From assembly GCA_949358305.1 (NCBI GenBank), contig OX442314.1:26474001-26538000 (forward strand): a DNA stretch of 64,000 nt. Direction: 5' to 3'. Of the stretch, positions 53,246-64,000 are shown piece after piece (positions within the stretch are counted from its first letter, which is position 1; the number at the start of each line of letters is the position of its first letter). The stretch comes from Strigamia acuminata. Lineage: Eukaryota. The translations under genes were made by a program, and so were the position numbers. Below the pieces are notes generated by a model. It worked only from the letters and a program-made list of their open reading frames with translations. It had not been told where the DNA came from and ran no database searches.

Positions 53246-56130
53246 AGAAGTTCGCCGATTGATTTCATCGATTTTTCGAACTCTTCCAAAATCTTGTCTT
53301 TGCTCGTTTTCCTATCAGGACATTCTTTAGCCCAATGTCCCAATTTTTTGCAGATGTTACCTGGATCAGTAGCGGGCGATTTAGCGACTTTTGGCGAAGG
53401 CGAACTTGAACGTTTGGCTTCGTCCTTTTTAGGGGTCGGCGACTTCGATCTACTGAGCGCGTCTGTCTTTGGTGAACCAAAAGTAACGTTTTTAGGCGCC
53501 ATCTTTGGTCCAAATTTTCGAGCTACTGCGTTATTACGGGCTAATAAAGCAGCTGCAGCCTCACTTTCTGGTTCCGAGTCAGATTTCTCTGGTTCAGAAG
53601 CAGTTTCCATTTCTGTCACTTCGGCTAAGTGAGCTTTAGGGGTTGGATGTGGATTTTTCCCATCCGATCCCTTTTTAGATTCCTTAGCAGTCTCTGCCAA
53701 AAAATCTCCTCGTTTTGGGGGTTGCAAAAGAGGGGTGTTAGCAAAACGTGTGTCTTTAGCCAACTCCTTTCTCCGTTGCTGTCGCTTAGCGTACGCAACT
53801 TTTTCATCAGCTGGTAAGTAAGCTTTGTAATTTTCGTCAATCCTTATCTGATTGGCTCGCATAAATTTGGCTAATTCAGCAAAACCACCCGGATAAGGTG
53901 CTCGTACGGAAAGTAGAACATTTTTTGAATAATCTGTCAATCCACGTCGGAATTGACGATCAATGGCTGCGTCTCCCATCGTATAAGGGAGAGTTACCAA
54001 TAAATCTTCAGTCCTTCTTAAATAAGAGCGAAGACTTTCGCCTTTATTTTGAGAAAGATTATCCCACATTTGTAATAAGTCTTCACTTGACTCTCCATAC
54101 TCAGTCATGAATTCTTCTACAAAGTGGTTCCAATTTTGAAATTGTTTAGAATAAAACCATTTCTCAGCTCGGTCTATAAGAGCTTTTGGTACTACTCTTT
54201 TCAAAGCAGTGTGACATGCAATGCCATTCAACCTTGAAATTCGTAAAACTTCATCTAAAAGAGTGGATCCAGCTTCCCATTCTCCATCGAATAAAGCGGG
54301 TTTGATGTGATCCCATCTAATAGTCCTTTCATCAACTAGATCGTGAGTCCAGTTGATTGCAGTATATTGTGCAATTTTCTGTCGTAATGCGATGTCAGCA
54401 TTATCGGCAGTAGCGTCAGATCGATCGGAAGATCGACGATCAGCTAATAATCGATCAATTTCTTCAGCAGTGTAATAATGTGTATTACGCCGAGAAGAAT
54501 GGCCTCGATGTCGACGTCGATGAGATCGATGTCGATTATCGCGTTCTTGTTGCGCATTCACATCAGAATCCGACCTTGAATCAGATTGTGAATTTGAAGG
54601 CGTGTTGAAATGTGGCGTTTCAGGTGGGTCGGGTGGGTCGCCGTCACCATCGTCTGGCGGTCGGCGTCCACCTCCAGGTGGTCCATCTCCATGTCCATCT
54701 GGATTTCCTCCATCTGGCGGATTTCTCCTATACTGACCCCCACCTGGCGGGCTTTCATGTCCGTCGGGTGGTTCGCGTGCTGGATTCGTGTCTCGTCGAC
54801 TTCTTTTCGACGAGTCTTGCTGTTGAGCCAGTGGTATCGTTCGAGTAACATGAATACCAGTTTCATGCCGTCTATTTCGATCGTCTACCATTCCCAACAG
54901 TCGGTCACTGTTGTGAAAAATAGGATTCCGATTACCAGGGAGTGGATTGCGATCAGCTCTCCTTTCCTCGGAATCTGAAGGACGTTTTCTTTTTGAGCGA
55001 TGGCGGCGACGCGAACGTTGGTCGTCATCACTCGATAATCCAGATTGGCTACTTAACTCTGAAACAACAGAAATTGTTATTGTTTCGGGAGTCAAAATAA
55101 GAACAGTTGGCGCAGCCATTTCTGGTTGCACCAATTGGTCAGTATAATTTCTTGCTTGCAAACGATCTTTCATTTCTGCAAGCTCTTCTTGAGCGCGCAA
55201 CAAATCAGCTCGGAGAATTTCATTCTCTCTTAGTTGATTGTCCGCTTCTACGGGTGGTGATTGATCAGCAGGGTTGCTAAACTTGACTTGTCCGCTCGTA
55301 CCGGGTTGGTCCAGCGAGTGGAAAATCTCGTCTTCGCGCCTTGCTATTTTACTTTCGCGAGTACGCTGTGTTTTAGCACGTGTGTCTAATTTAGCAGCAT
55401 ATCTCACTAGTTGATTATGATTGCGTTGGTAGTGATCTGCCAAATCAATCAACTCTTTATTTTTCAGCTCCAACTTACTTTTGGTAAGTTCGAGTTGTTT
55501 TCGCGCCTCTTGGTGTGAGCGAATTGAAAGTTCATTTCTAACATTCATTTTAGAAAGATCTTCCACTTCACCTTTTAGTCTGTATTCTCTAGCTTTCTGG
55601 GCTAGAAATTCTTCGTTTTGTCGATTGAGTTCCATGTGTTGGAGCTCAACCTCCGCTTTTTGTTGTTGAAGCTCAGCTTCTTTTCGTTCCATTTCAAATT
55701 GTAAATTTGAAACGGCACGATCAGTGTGAAGTCGTATCATGGCGCGATGAATCTCTTCCACCGTCATGTCGTCCGTTATGTGGGCGCCATCCTGGCGTGC
55801 TTGATTTCTCAAAGCATCCAACATGGTCATGCGAGGAGGTGATTCGTGAGACGATTCACTTTCCATTTCACGTAACGTATTTTCCACTTCCTCCAGTGGA
55901 AGTGGCGGGAGTTCTTGTTCGTTAGAACTCGCACTTGATGCGCTTAATGCTCTAGTGACTTCATTTTCAGCATCCTTAAGTTGTTTCGGATCTGGAACTG
56001 GTATTATTTCCTCGGAAATAATTTTCTCCACAAGCATTTCAGGCTCGAGAGCCGGCAAAACCGTCGCTGCTCGTTTCTGAGTGCTTGGTCGACCTCGCTG
56101 TCGTTTTACAATTTGCATTGGCGTCGCCAT
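53233..56130 (-). CDS. gag: Gag of element 2, 965 aa (coiled-coil/disordered N-terminus; knuckle lacks first Cys)
   Basis: FDGEWEAGSTLLDEVLRI..AEKWFYSKQFQNWNHFVEEFMTEYGE is homologous to element-1 Gag; knuckle reads GNICKKLGHWAKEC. Confidence 0.9.
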   Translation of the reverse strand: MATPMQIVKRQRGRPSTQKRAATVLPALEPEMLVEKIISEEIIPVPDPKQLKDAENEVTRALSASSASSNEQELPPLPLEEVENTLREMESESSHESPPRMTMLDALRNQARQDGAHITDDMTVEEIHRAMIRLHTDRAVSNLQFEMERKEAELQQQKAEVELQHMELNRQNEEFLAQKAREYRLKGEVEDLSKMNVRNELSIRSHQEARKQLELTKSKLELKNKELIDLADHYQRNHNQLVRYAAKLDTRAKTQRTRESKIARREDEIFHSLDQPGTSGQVKFSNPADQSPPVEADNQLRENEILRADLLRAQEELAEMKDRLQARNYTDQLVQPEMAAPTVLILTPETITISVVSELSSQSGLSSDDDQRSRRRHRSKRKRPSDSEERRADRNPLPGNRNPIFHNSDRLLGMVDDRNRRHETGIHVTRTIPLAQQQDSSKRSRRDTNPAREPPDGHESPPGGGQYRRNPPDGGNPDGHGDGPPGGGRRPPDDGDGDPPDPPETPHFNTPSNSQSDSRSDSDVNAQQERDNRHRSHRRRHRGHSSRRNTHYYTAEEIDRLLADRRSSDRSDATADNADIALRQKIAQYTAINWTHDLVDERTIRWDHIKPALFDGEWEAGSTLLDEVLRISRLNGIACHTALKRVVPKALIDRAEKWFYSKQFQNWNHFVEEFMTEYGESSEDLLQMWDNLSQNKGESLRSYLRRTEDLLVTLPYTMGDAAIDRQFRRGLTDYSKNVLLSVRAPYPGGFAELAKFMRANQIRIDENYKAYLPADEKVAYAKRQQRRKELAKDTRFANTPLLQPPKRGDFLAETAKESKKGSDGKNPHPTPKAHLAEVTEMETASEPEKSDSEPESEAAAALLARNNAVARKFGPKMAPKNVTFGSPKTDALSRSKSPTPKKDEAKRSSSPSPKVAKSPATDPGNICKKLGHWAKECPDRKTSKDKILEEFEKSMKSIGELLKNL

Positions 56131-56774
56131 TTTGTCAAATTGAAAAAGAACAATGGAAATAAAGGATCTTTTTGCAAAAATCGGATTTTAACAATCAAAA
56201 CTATCCCGGACGGGCCCCCAAGTGCGGCGATCCGGGTTTTTACTTAATAAATCGGGGAGACTTATAAAGCAATCGTCGTAGAGATGCCGTACAGGACTTC
56301 TACTCTGTGGCCAAATGTTTGTCTAGGGGAATGATTTTACACAGAGTAAAGGAAAAATTAGATAGTTTTAATCGTTCAAAATACAAAGGAGGTATTATTT
56401 AAAATGTTTGGGGTCGATCTGGCTTCTTCTTCAAATGTACACTCACAGTTGACCGTTGGCTCCAAGATGGCGTCGATGGCGTCGTGTGAGCGCGGGATTT
56501 TAGCGGAGTAAACTCAACGCTAAAATACCTTGCTGAATATACTAAAATCCTCGTGGAGCACGCTCGACACGAGAATACGTCTTGCACACAGCGGTTCGAT
56601 TATTACGGAGCAAGCTCGACGTAACAATCGGTCTTTACACAAATCGCTTTGTGGAGTTAAACTCGACACAAAGCCTTCAAACTAACAGAGTAAACTCGAT
56701 GTTAGTTTCACACAGAAATGGCTTAAATTACGCGTAGTAATTCAAGCTAGAAAGTTGCTATTCCGTACAGTGGG

Positions 56775-58670
56775 CAATTGTGATTAAAAAATATGACAAT
56801 GGAACAATTTTGTTTCGTGGATTTGTCTATGACTTATTGATTTCTTACCTCTGTCCCACAATGAAATTAAGGTTTGTGTCATTAAATAGAGAAACTACTG
56901 AACTAAAATTAATTTTTTTTTGTAAATAGTGTGATCGAAGTGTATGGAGACCATTTAAATAATGAAGCAATCTATGAAATGATAATTAAAAAAGTAAATA
57001 TGGGTCATAGAATGTAAAATGCACTATTTTTCCATATAGTTTAAAGAAATTTCTTAAAACGGGATGCGTCTTAACCCTAACAGTACAAACCTAAAATGCC
57101 TACTCACCCAACCGGGTCATTTCGATGATTTTAGTAAAAAAAAGTTAGTTTGGACCAACAAAAGACATTTTGGACCATAACAAATGACATTTTGGGCTAC
57201 AACAAATGACATATTCTACCTAAAAATTATGTTTTTCTTTTAAAATCCAAATAATGTCTAATTATTATTTTACGTGTTTTCTTAGAAAATTGATACAAGC
57301 ACTACACCCTACATTATGACATCATGTCGAGTTCCCTATGTGGACAGTGTGGCTTTAGAAATGAAGCGTGATAATTTGGCAATTGCAGTAGTACTTTCAT
57401 CTCAAATCGAAGACTTCATGTGGTTCACATTCATCAAACCATTCAGTTGTAACATGTGGATTTGCTCAATTTTGCTTAGTCTTTTGTTAAAATTTATTTT
57501 TGAAGCAATTCTTCGTACAAAGAAATTGGACAATTCAAATACTCGTAAGTTATATTGCTTGTTGACACAGACCAAGCAAGCCAGCTCTGAACATTCAATC
57601 CAATTGATGCGGCGATCCGGGTTTTTACTTAATAAATCGGGGAGACTTATAAAGCAATCGTCGTAGAAATGCCGTACAGGACTTCTACTCTGTGGCCAAA
57701 TGTTTGTCTAGGGGAATGATTTTACACAGAGTAAAGGAAAAATTAGATAGTTTTAATCGTTCAAAATACAAAGGAGGTATTATTTAAAATGTTTGGGGTC
57801 GATCTGGCTTCTTCTTCAAATGTACACTCACAGTTGACCGTTGGCTCCAAGATGGCGTCGATGGCGTCGTGTGAGCGCGGGATTTTAGCGGAGTAAACTC
57901 AACGCTAAAATACCTTGCTGAATATACTAAAATCCTCGTGGAGCACGCTCGACACGAGAATTAGTCTTGCACACAGCGGTTCGATTATTACGGAGCAAGC
58001 TCGACGTAACAATCGGTCTTTACACAAATCGCTTTGTGGAGTTAAACTCGACACAAAGCCTTCAAACTAACAGAGTAAACTCGATGTTAGTTTCACACAG
58101 AAATGGCTTAAATTACGCGTAGTAATTCAAGCTAGAAAGTTGCTATTCCGTACAGTGGGTACAGACCAGCGATGAAACTCAATTCGTCCAAGAATCACAG
58201 ATCACACTTTGCAGTTTTGGCAGAAGTTTGACACGGTTGTGAACAGTTTGGAGGTAGAATCAAGAGTGCGGGAAGAGTGGGCCAAAACCGTTTGGCTCAC
58301 TTCTAAATCTGCTCAGAAAAGCTGCGCAGATGACGAGTTGCACAAAGATCACACACGGCCGCCTTCGGGTCGTGTGCAACAATTGAGCCGGGCACGCGCG
58401 AGGGGAAGGGATGCTCCGCCCAGGCACACGCCTAGCAGCATCATCAAAGCAATGCACGCTGCAGCGTGATTGGTTGACGCTGTTGCTGGGCCAAAACTTG
58501 CTGCAAAACACAATATTATTTGGGTAATATTGTGTCTTGTTTTATATTTTATTAATGTATGTTTTATTTCAATTTACATTGAAACAAAACATATAAGCTT
58601 GTTGAATATGTTTATAAGACAATTTGGAAATATGGTGCGCACTCAAATAGGAATATTTGAGGTCACCACA
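56775..58670. repeat. 1,896-bp direct duplication of 43655-45550 (IR exons plus full LTR)
   Basis: Constant offset of 13,120 bp; ORF-track peptides are repeated (44196/57316, 45089/58209). Confidence 0.95.
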
Positions 58671-60094
58671 TTGATAACCTTGTCATGTTGCTAATAAAGG
58701 TACACTGGTGTGCCTGCAATGCTTACTTGGTCGACTATCACTGCCTATTATAATAATCTGATAATTTCATTTTAGACTTCAACAACTCGAGCAAAATATT
58801 CAGTTTATTGCTATTTCTATTCACTTTTTGCATCATGTCAGCTTATAGTGCAGTTCTGTACGCTTCTTTTACTGTAAAGCCAAGATTCAATGCGTTCGAA
58901 ACTTTAGAAGATTTAATAAAAGATGGAGGATTTATGTTCTACGCCCATCAAGAATTTCAAATCCATGCAATTGCAAAAGTAACATTCATTTTCTTTTTCC
59001 AAATTTTTTTTTAACCGTGACTATTTATAGCATGCCAAAGCAGGCCACCTCAAAGTTTTACATAATTTAATGAGTCTAAGTCCAAATGGTGGAAAAATAT
59101 CCAATTCCAAAAATATTTATGAATCTGTCATATCCAAACCACACGCATTCGTTCACTACATGAATTTATTCAAACATGACCTGCGACACGATTGCAGACA
59201 TCATCTAATTAAAATGCCCGATAGAATCGGTCTGCCAATAGTGTTTGGTAAAAGATCAAAATTTGTCGAAATGTTCAACCAAAAGTAAGTGGAAGAAACG
59301 ATCGATTCGTTTATACATTTCTCAATTTACTCGTTTCTAGATTGATATTAATTCGAGAGTATGGTCTTCTCACTGCATTGGAGAAGTTTTACACACCAGA
59401 AAGAAATTGCGATGTTGATTACAATTTGTTTAAACCATACACAATACGTCAAACAATAAGTGCATTTATTGTTTTGTTGGCAGGGATTGGTGCTTCTCTT
59501 ATCCTTCTTTTAATTGAACAGGTAAAAATAAATACATAAATAAATATATACATAAATAATTTAATTCTTTTTCATAAGATTAGAGAATTACATCCAGAAT
59601 TAATAGAGAAGCTGAAATCACTTCCGTTTGATCTCATAAAAGTGATTAGATCAACTGCTATTTTCTTATACAAATGCACAAGTGAAGTAAAGTTTTCAAC
59701 AAAGCTGTGTTTTATACAGTATATTGTAATAGAAATTGTAATGATGTTTAGGTGTTTGAACACATCTGCAGATGCATGTTTAAAAGCCATTGTGCTGAAG
59801 ACGGTGCAGCCCAATAACAATCACCAGTATTATTGCATAGATAAAACAACCAACCGCGACCCCTCTGTTAAATTTGAATAAACAGTTATTTTAATTTCCT
59901 TACACACAATGGCTGCTTCTTTAACACACTAGATCGTAATCGACTTCCATCTTTGTTTGGAAAACAATAATTACATTTTTTCGAATTGGTTTAATGTAGC
60001 GGGAATTGATTTTTTTTAACTCTCTAGTGCAGACATGTGGCATTTATCCGGACCAGAGAGCGTATACTGTCAGGGCGACAGAGAGTACACTGTA

Positions 60095-60096
60095 TA

Positions 60097-60139
<43 letters not shown>

Positions 60140-60660
60140 TTATTCTTCTCAAAGATAAAATTGAGTGGGTGCCCCCCAACAGCCAAAGGCCTACAGGGAG
60201 GGGCACCCCAACAAAAGTAAATCAAAAGAAACAAACAACAAACAAAAGACAAAACCACCTAACCTAAACAAACAGATTAGAAAAACACAAACAAACATCG
60301 CGCAGAGAGCAGGAAAAAAATCCAAACCCACTAAAAAACTGTTACAGTTGGTCATAATGCGGCCCACAGGGAGGTGCGAATCCTCAACTACAAAAAGCTG
60401 CGGGGCTCTACGCACAAAAAAAGAGGCCGGTAATCTCAAAGAAAGCAGAGCCAAAACATCTGGGGCTGTAATACCACCATGGAACAAGCGAAAAGCAAAA
60501 ACACAATCGGCCCTGGCCAAAGCAGAAGAGATCGGGATTGAACCCAGACGCCCCAACGCAGCAGCATAAGAACATTGAAAGGAGGAGCTCAAAAATCGAC
60601 GATACATGGCCCAAACAAATCGCCTCTGGACCCCTTCCAGGCCCATCACTGCGATGATAC
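60095..60660 (-). mobile_element. 5'-truncated non-LTR retrotransposon (CR1/L2-like) 3' end with (ATT)n tail
   Basis: Peptide LEGVQRRFVWAMYRRF...SYAAALGRLG...LDFF resembles a LINE ORF2 C-terminus, followed by a 3' UTR, AATAAA and an (ATT)n microsatellite. Confidence 0.7.
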
Positions 60661-61956
60661 CGGTGTAATTCGATTTTTTTGTGTATATTTTGTATACTTT
60701 TAATTAATAATAATAAACATTTAGATTTTTTACTAAACAATTACTGTGAATTGCTTAAACAATTCACTCGCTGTATAACGAGTGGCGCTAAAATTGGGTT
60801 GCGGTATTTCTTTATCGCTCAAAATCGATTCGCGGAAAATCGATTCGCTGAAAATTGATTCGCGAATTAAATTTACGCGCTAGATGACACACGCCCCATA
60901 GTAAAATGCAAGATAGTTGTCAACACAGAGCTCCCATAGTTTCCCCTGCCTACAGTTGACAAGGTTACTTTATTAATAAAACAGTCTGCCACATTGAAAG
61001 GTATCGGGCAGACGATTTTTTTTGTACTGAATTGAAGTGCACAGGAAACAGGTAAAACCAATGTGATTTATTGTTTTAGTGTTTTATTTACTGCAGGCCA
61101 AGAGTTTGATTGAAACTTTTTAAATTCATAAGTATTTTCTTGTGATGATATGGTTGTGACCGCCAGGCCACCTAGGTGACCTGCGGCACTGCCACACACC
61201 ACCGTGCGGCCCCAAAGGTCAACCCCTACGTGGGTAGTTGACCTAGCCCGGGGAGGAGGGAGTGGAGTGGTGTGGTGAGGAGGGAGTGTGTGAGAGAGTT
61301 GAGTGTTGGACACGGCCTGAGAAGGACGTGCCTGCAGCAGCTCCCCGAGAGGAGAAGGTGTTCATCTGGGAGGGACAAGAAGTGTCCCGGTTTGACTCTG
61401 TACTCCTCACCATTCACCACGATGATACTCAGTACGACGGTTCCCACCGTTGTGCAGCCTCCATGAGTGGACGCGTGGGTCGTAGGTAAGTACGACACGA
61501 ATGTTAAGTCGAACCGACCACGCCACGCATTGGGTTCCCACCCAGTGCGCGGCGGGTCGGTTGCCGGTGCGGTGTGCCTTCGTGGCACCTCTGCAGCGGG
61601 TGACGGGTTTCCCCATACCCCTAGACAACGCAATAAAGGCCAACCAACCAATATTGTGGGAAGTCTCCGTCATTTACGTGAAGTATGCGTCCCTACCAAG
61701 TGTTCTCAGTCCCCTGACTACACTGGAAGAGACCATAGCAGTCACATGGTTTATTATTAATTCCATTTCAAAATACAACAGCAACGTGCAACTGACTCCT
61801 AATATTTCTCTTGCCAAAAAAGCAGTCACTTTAGTGTTTCCCACTTGTGAAGTGATATTAATATTCTTTATTCTAATTCCAGTGGTCATTGTGTTGTACT
61901 ACAATAAAAAACGTATGTCTTTCAGTCTTTCAGTGCATGTTGTGCAGGATTGAAGT

Positions 61957-62261
61957 ATGGATATGTTTAAAGTTTCTGTTACAACGATTCTTTATCTATA
62001 TTTTATTTCATGTTGGAATTTTAATTCGGGTAAGTGTCATTAAATTGATAAATTCATTTTAAACAAGTGTCCTCTGTTGATGCTAACTTCTACAGTGTAC
62101 ACAAAAATTTGATTTTATGTTCTAGTTAAACAATGCAATAACATTTTTAGGTGTTGCTGATACAAAAAACCGACATTATTTTCATTTTCATCAGACATGT
62201 AAGGCTATACACATACTGGAAATGTTGAATGCCAGAAGCGTCCTACTCATCTATGATGAAG
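61957..62261 (+). CDS. Divergent ionotropic receptor copy 3, exons 1-2 (continues beyond window)
   Basis: MDMFKVSVTTILYLYFISCWNFNS|GVADTKNRHYFHFHQTCKAIHILEMLNARSVLLIYDE is paralogous to copies 1 and 2. Confidence 0.75.
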
Positions 62262-62368
62262 GTACAGTAAATACAGTTTCAAATCTGACAGAAGTTAGGG
62301 ATAATGATGAAACACTGGCCCATTTATCTGATGTGATCTATTGAGTGTCAAACATTAACTTAGCAATA

Positions 62369-62781
62369 AGGGTGCGGTCGAATAGGATACAATCCGACCA
62401 AATCAAATTCGGATTGAATTGAGTCGGATTCGGATGGTCCCAAATCAATCCGATTTTTTTTATCGAATTGGATAATTCAAAATTTTATCCATACATTCTG
62501 GATAGGATTGGGGGGAGAAACCGAAACCGATCCATATAATCCAAAATTCAAAAAATCAATTTATGCAGTTTATTTTAAATTTTTATGTTTTTTTCTCACT
62601 TTATTCGACTTTTTTGGTCAGTTTTGCACCTAATTCATCCTTTTTTTGGTCATATTTGCTCTTTTTAAACTTTTTTTTGGTCACTTCTGCACATAATTCA
62701 TCAGTTTTTGGTCATTTCTGCACATAATTCATCAGTTTTTGGTCATTATTCACTTAATTCATCAGTTTTTGGCCATTATTC
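62369..62781. mobile_element. MITE, same family as 4843-5436 (inverted), interrupted by LTR element 3
   Basis: Begins TA|AGGGTGCGGTCG; reverse-complement similarity to ~5030-5436. Confidence 0.8.
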
Positions 62782-64000
62782 TGTGGAGTTTGGGATTTCG
62801 ACAGGCGACAACGGTCGCCAGGGGGCGGGCGGACAAACGCGAATATGTCCGATAGACGTTTTGGGGGTAGACAGCCAATTGGGGGCTGTTCCTTGTGGTC
62901 AGCCAATCAGGGCTGACCAGTCTCATATTTAAATGTAATAATTTGTAATAAAGATCACTTTGAATTTAACAAGCTAGTGTGTGCGTCGCGGACCAGCGGG
63001 TCCGCCATTTTGTTTATTTGGAGTCAGCTAGTAATAGTTTACATCAGAAGTGGGATAGACGAATTCGATGCGACGATAAAGTAGACGAAAGTAGACGAAA
63101 AGTAAAAGGCGATTGAGTTTGGCGACGGAAGCGAGATTCGGAATTCGGGGTAACAAATAGCACGTGGACAGGTCGGGAAACGAGAGTCGGTTCGCCAGGA
63201 CAAACACGTGTTACGAAGGTTAGCCGAAGTACGATCGAAGATGGCCGTAGCAAAAGCAATCGTAGCGAAAATCAGACGCGGGGCATTTCCAACGGAGGCC
63301 GAGTGGGACAAACTGAGAGCCAAAGATGTCCAGCCACTATTGATAGAACGGAATATCGTGCCGCCGAGATTAAAGCGAGAGATGATAATCACGTTGCGAC
63401 AAGCCGTGCTCGCAGAGTTAGGACTCGTAGATGAAGACGTGAATCAGGATGAGGTAGAGGAAGACGACAAAGAAGACGACAAAAACGACGAGAAAGACGA
63501 AGAGAAAGTAGAAGACAACGATCCGGAGATAGAAGAAAACCCACCGGTACAAGCGATGATGAACGGCGGATTTAGTGCGGATCAAGTACAAGAGATGATG
63601 AAGCAAATGATGGCGACGATGCTAGCGATGCAGACGAAACCAGAGGCGCCGAAAGAGCCGAAGGAAGTGAAAAACGCGCCAAAGCTGCCACGATTTTCGG
63701 GAGACCAGAACGAGTTGCGGACAACGACGCAGTGGTTGGCGGACGTTCACGAATACGCGAAAGAATACAAGTGGACGAACGCAACCAAAGTAACGACGGC
63801 GGCGGCGGCGTTGGATGGTCCGGCGAAGGTATGGCACGAAAATTCCGGAACGACGATACGGAAATTTGACGCGTGGGAGGCCGAGTTGAAGAAGAATTTT
63901 CCGGATCAACGACTAACATACGACGAGAAAGAAAGGTTGATTCGGGCACCGCAGAAGAACGACGAGACGGCCGAAACCTATTTACGACGGAAATGGGCCA
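62782..64000 (+). mobile_element. LTR retrotransposon element 3, 5' end (mdg3/micropia-type PBS)
   Basis: Putative 262-bp LTR TGT...TTTACA (62782-63043) with AATAAA; PBS TCAGAAGTGGGAT directly adjacent (63044-63056); gag follows. Confidence 0.8.
63241..64000 (+). CDS. gag: Gag of element 3 (truncated by window edge; absent from ORF track)
   Basis: Open from ATG 63241 (MAVAKAIVAKIRRG...) through capsid-like LPRFSGDQ..QWLADVHEYAKEYKWTNATKVTTAAAALDGPAKVWH..QKNDETAETY. Confidence 0.85.
   Translation, partial: MAVAKAIVAKIRRGAFPTEAEWDKLRAKDVQPLLIERNIVPPRLKREMIITLRQAVLAELGLVDEDVNQDEVEEDDKEDDKNDEKDEEKVEDNDPEIEENPPVQAMMNGGFSADQVQEMMKQMMATMLAMQTKPEAPKEPKEVKNAPKLPRFSGDQNELRTTTQWLADVHEYAKEYKWTNATKVTTAAAALDGPAKVWHENSGTTIRKFDAWEAELKKNFPDQRLTYDEKERLIRAPQKNDETAETYLRRKWA

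Larger units (their letters stand above)
44488..58670 (-). mobile_element. Ty3/gypsy LTR retrotransposon element 2 (related family, damaged and rearranged)
   Basis: 1063-bp LTR TGTGGTGACC...GCCGCA at 45550-44488; truncated 5' LTR 56774-56223; extra full LTR 58670-57608; TSD TTGA (44484-44487 / 58671-58674); PBS TGGGGGCCCGTCCGGGAT (56220-56203); PPT 45564-45551. Confidence 0.95.
27766..59817 (+). pseudogene. Divergent ionotropic receptor copy 2, disrupted by LTR retrotransposons
   Basis: Exons paralogous to copy 1 (MAVFKLFVSSILYLYF.., QDLLIWKQNQIIFL, FIKPFSCNMW, SAYSAVLYASFT..FETLEDL, TISAFIVLLAGIG). Exon 5 is split by gypsy element 1 (..RKCGIQI | SCTAKLC..). Element 2 lies in the intron after the M1 exon, and 43655-44487 is duplicated at 56775-57607. 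Confidence 0.75.

Overview
Eukaryotic, intron-rich, AT-rich animal DNA (probably arthropod; inferred from short introns and divergent ionotropic-receptor genes). 1-18.7 kb is a compact housekeeping cluster: PWP2 (-, runs off the left edge), HDAC3 (+), ERCC8/CSA (-), DCAF7 (-) and LMBRD2 (+). Its introns carry A/T-tract arrays with ~10-bp periodicity and MITEs. 19.7-64 kb is a tandem array of three divergent ionotropic-receptor (IR/iGluR-like) genes with many insertions: an apparently intact 13.5-kb Ty3/gypsy element in an exon of copy 2 (LTRs look identical, AAAT TSD), a related but divergent, damaged and rearranged gypsy element on the minus strand (TTGA TSD), a solo LTR, a LINE 3' fragment, and a third LTR element with an mdg3-type tRNA-Leu PBS nested in a MITE at the right edge. 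Main discovery candidate: both large gypsy elements carry, between pol and the 3' LTR, a homologous large non-Env accessory gene. It has three conserved blocks separated by Arg/Ser/Pro-rich linkers, appears to be built from spliceosomal exons, and may have an internal promoter. Both elements also show clear -1 gag-pol frameshift signals. All homology calls are by eye; no database searches were run.
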